Below are positions 63,901 through 64,000 of a stretch of DNA of 64,000 nt, one piece after another. A program made the position numbers and the translations under genes. Source of the stretch: Eledone cirrhosa (Eukaryota); the NCBI GenBank assembly GCA_964016885.1, contig OZ024740.1, positions 416,392,001-416,456,000 on the forward strand. Direction: 5' to 3'. Below the pieces are notes generated by a model. It did not search any database, was not told the DNA's origin, and saw only the letters and a list, made by a program, of their open reading frames with translations. Within the stretch, counting starts at the first letter, position 1. The number at the start of each line of letters is the position of its first letter.

Positions 63901-64000
63901 TAAAAGGATATTACCATACTCATTACACGTTATCATTAAAAGGATATTACCATACTCATTACACTTTATCATTAAAAGGATATTACCATACTCATTACAC
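60960..64000. repeat. 45-monomer (1620-bp) tandem duplication, continuing off the window end
   Basis: Variants GATTTTACC, GGTTATT, ACAGTTT, CATATT, AAACGG, TTTAAAGG, CTAATT and ATTCCAC each recur at +1620 (e.g. lines 60961/62581, 61621/63241, 61921/63541). Confidence 0.9.

Larger units (their letters stand above)
1..64000. repeat. 36-bp tandem satellite array, ~1778 monomers, consensus YTAAAAGGMTATTACCATACTCATTACACKTTATCA; runs off both window ends
   Basis: Read directly: 1-36 TTAAAAGGATATTACCATACTCATTACACTTTATCA repeats without spacer to 64000. Monomers start at 1 mod 36 up to ~29732 and at 0 mod 36 afterwards. Common variable sites are monomer positions 1 (T/C), 9 (A/C) and 30 (T/G). Confidence 0.99.

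Noticed and set aside
218-63972. Minus-strand ORFs encoding (MIKCNEYGNILL)n, up to 1278 aa
   Set aside because: They are pure translations of the repeat with no unique termini. Starts and stops are set by recurrent SNVs (CCTTAC, TTTAAA, CTAATT), and the common variants are non-synonymous in this frame.
1-64000. CRISPR array (36 bp is a typical type II/VI repeat length)
   Set aside because: Repeats abut directly with no unique spacers, leader or cas genes.
1-64000. Telomerase-made telomeric repeat (C-rich/G-rich strand skew)
   Set aside because: It matches no telomeric motif I know, and multi-kb inherited variant patterns indicate recombination or replication-based amplification rather than templated addition.
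1-64000. Promoter-like TATAAT, Shine-Dalgarno-like AAGGA and polyA-like AATAAA motifs
   Set aside because: These are short motifs expected in AT-rich repeat variants, with no associated gene.
1-64000. Intrinsic DNA curvature from phased A-tracts, or inverted segments
   Set aside because: There is one A4 tract per 36 bp (~3.4 helical turns), so adjacent tracts are out of phase. No orientation switch was seen anywhere.

Overview
The whole 64-kb window is one uninterrupted, head-to-tail tandem (satellite-type) array of a 36-bp, ~25-30% GC monomer, consensus YTAAAAGGMTATTACCATACTCATTACACKTTATCA (1777 full copies plus a 29-bp partial). All copies are in the same orientation, and I see only one indel (1-bp deletion at ~29733). 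I find no unique sequence, credible gene, RNA gene, mobile element or CRISPR spacer. The listed ORFs arise because 36 bp equals 12 codons and three of six frames of the consensus lack stops. The information lies in the order of monomer variants. It shows nested higher-order repeats (5-, 6-, 10-, 17-, 18-, 45-, ~46-76-, ~90- and 131-monomer units), a ~24.9-kb (691-monomer) tandem super-duplication with a visible chimeric junction monomer, and an older diverged single copy of the main unit near 57-60 kb. The most unexpected signal is that the three dominant polymorphic sites are all synonymous in one reading frame (LKGYYHTHYTLS). The organism and function cannot be determined from the sequence alone; eukaryotic heterochromatic or centromeric satellite is an inference.
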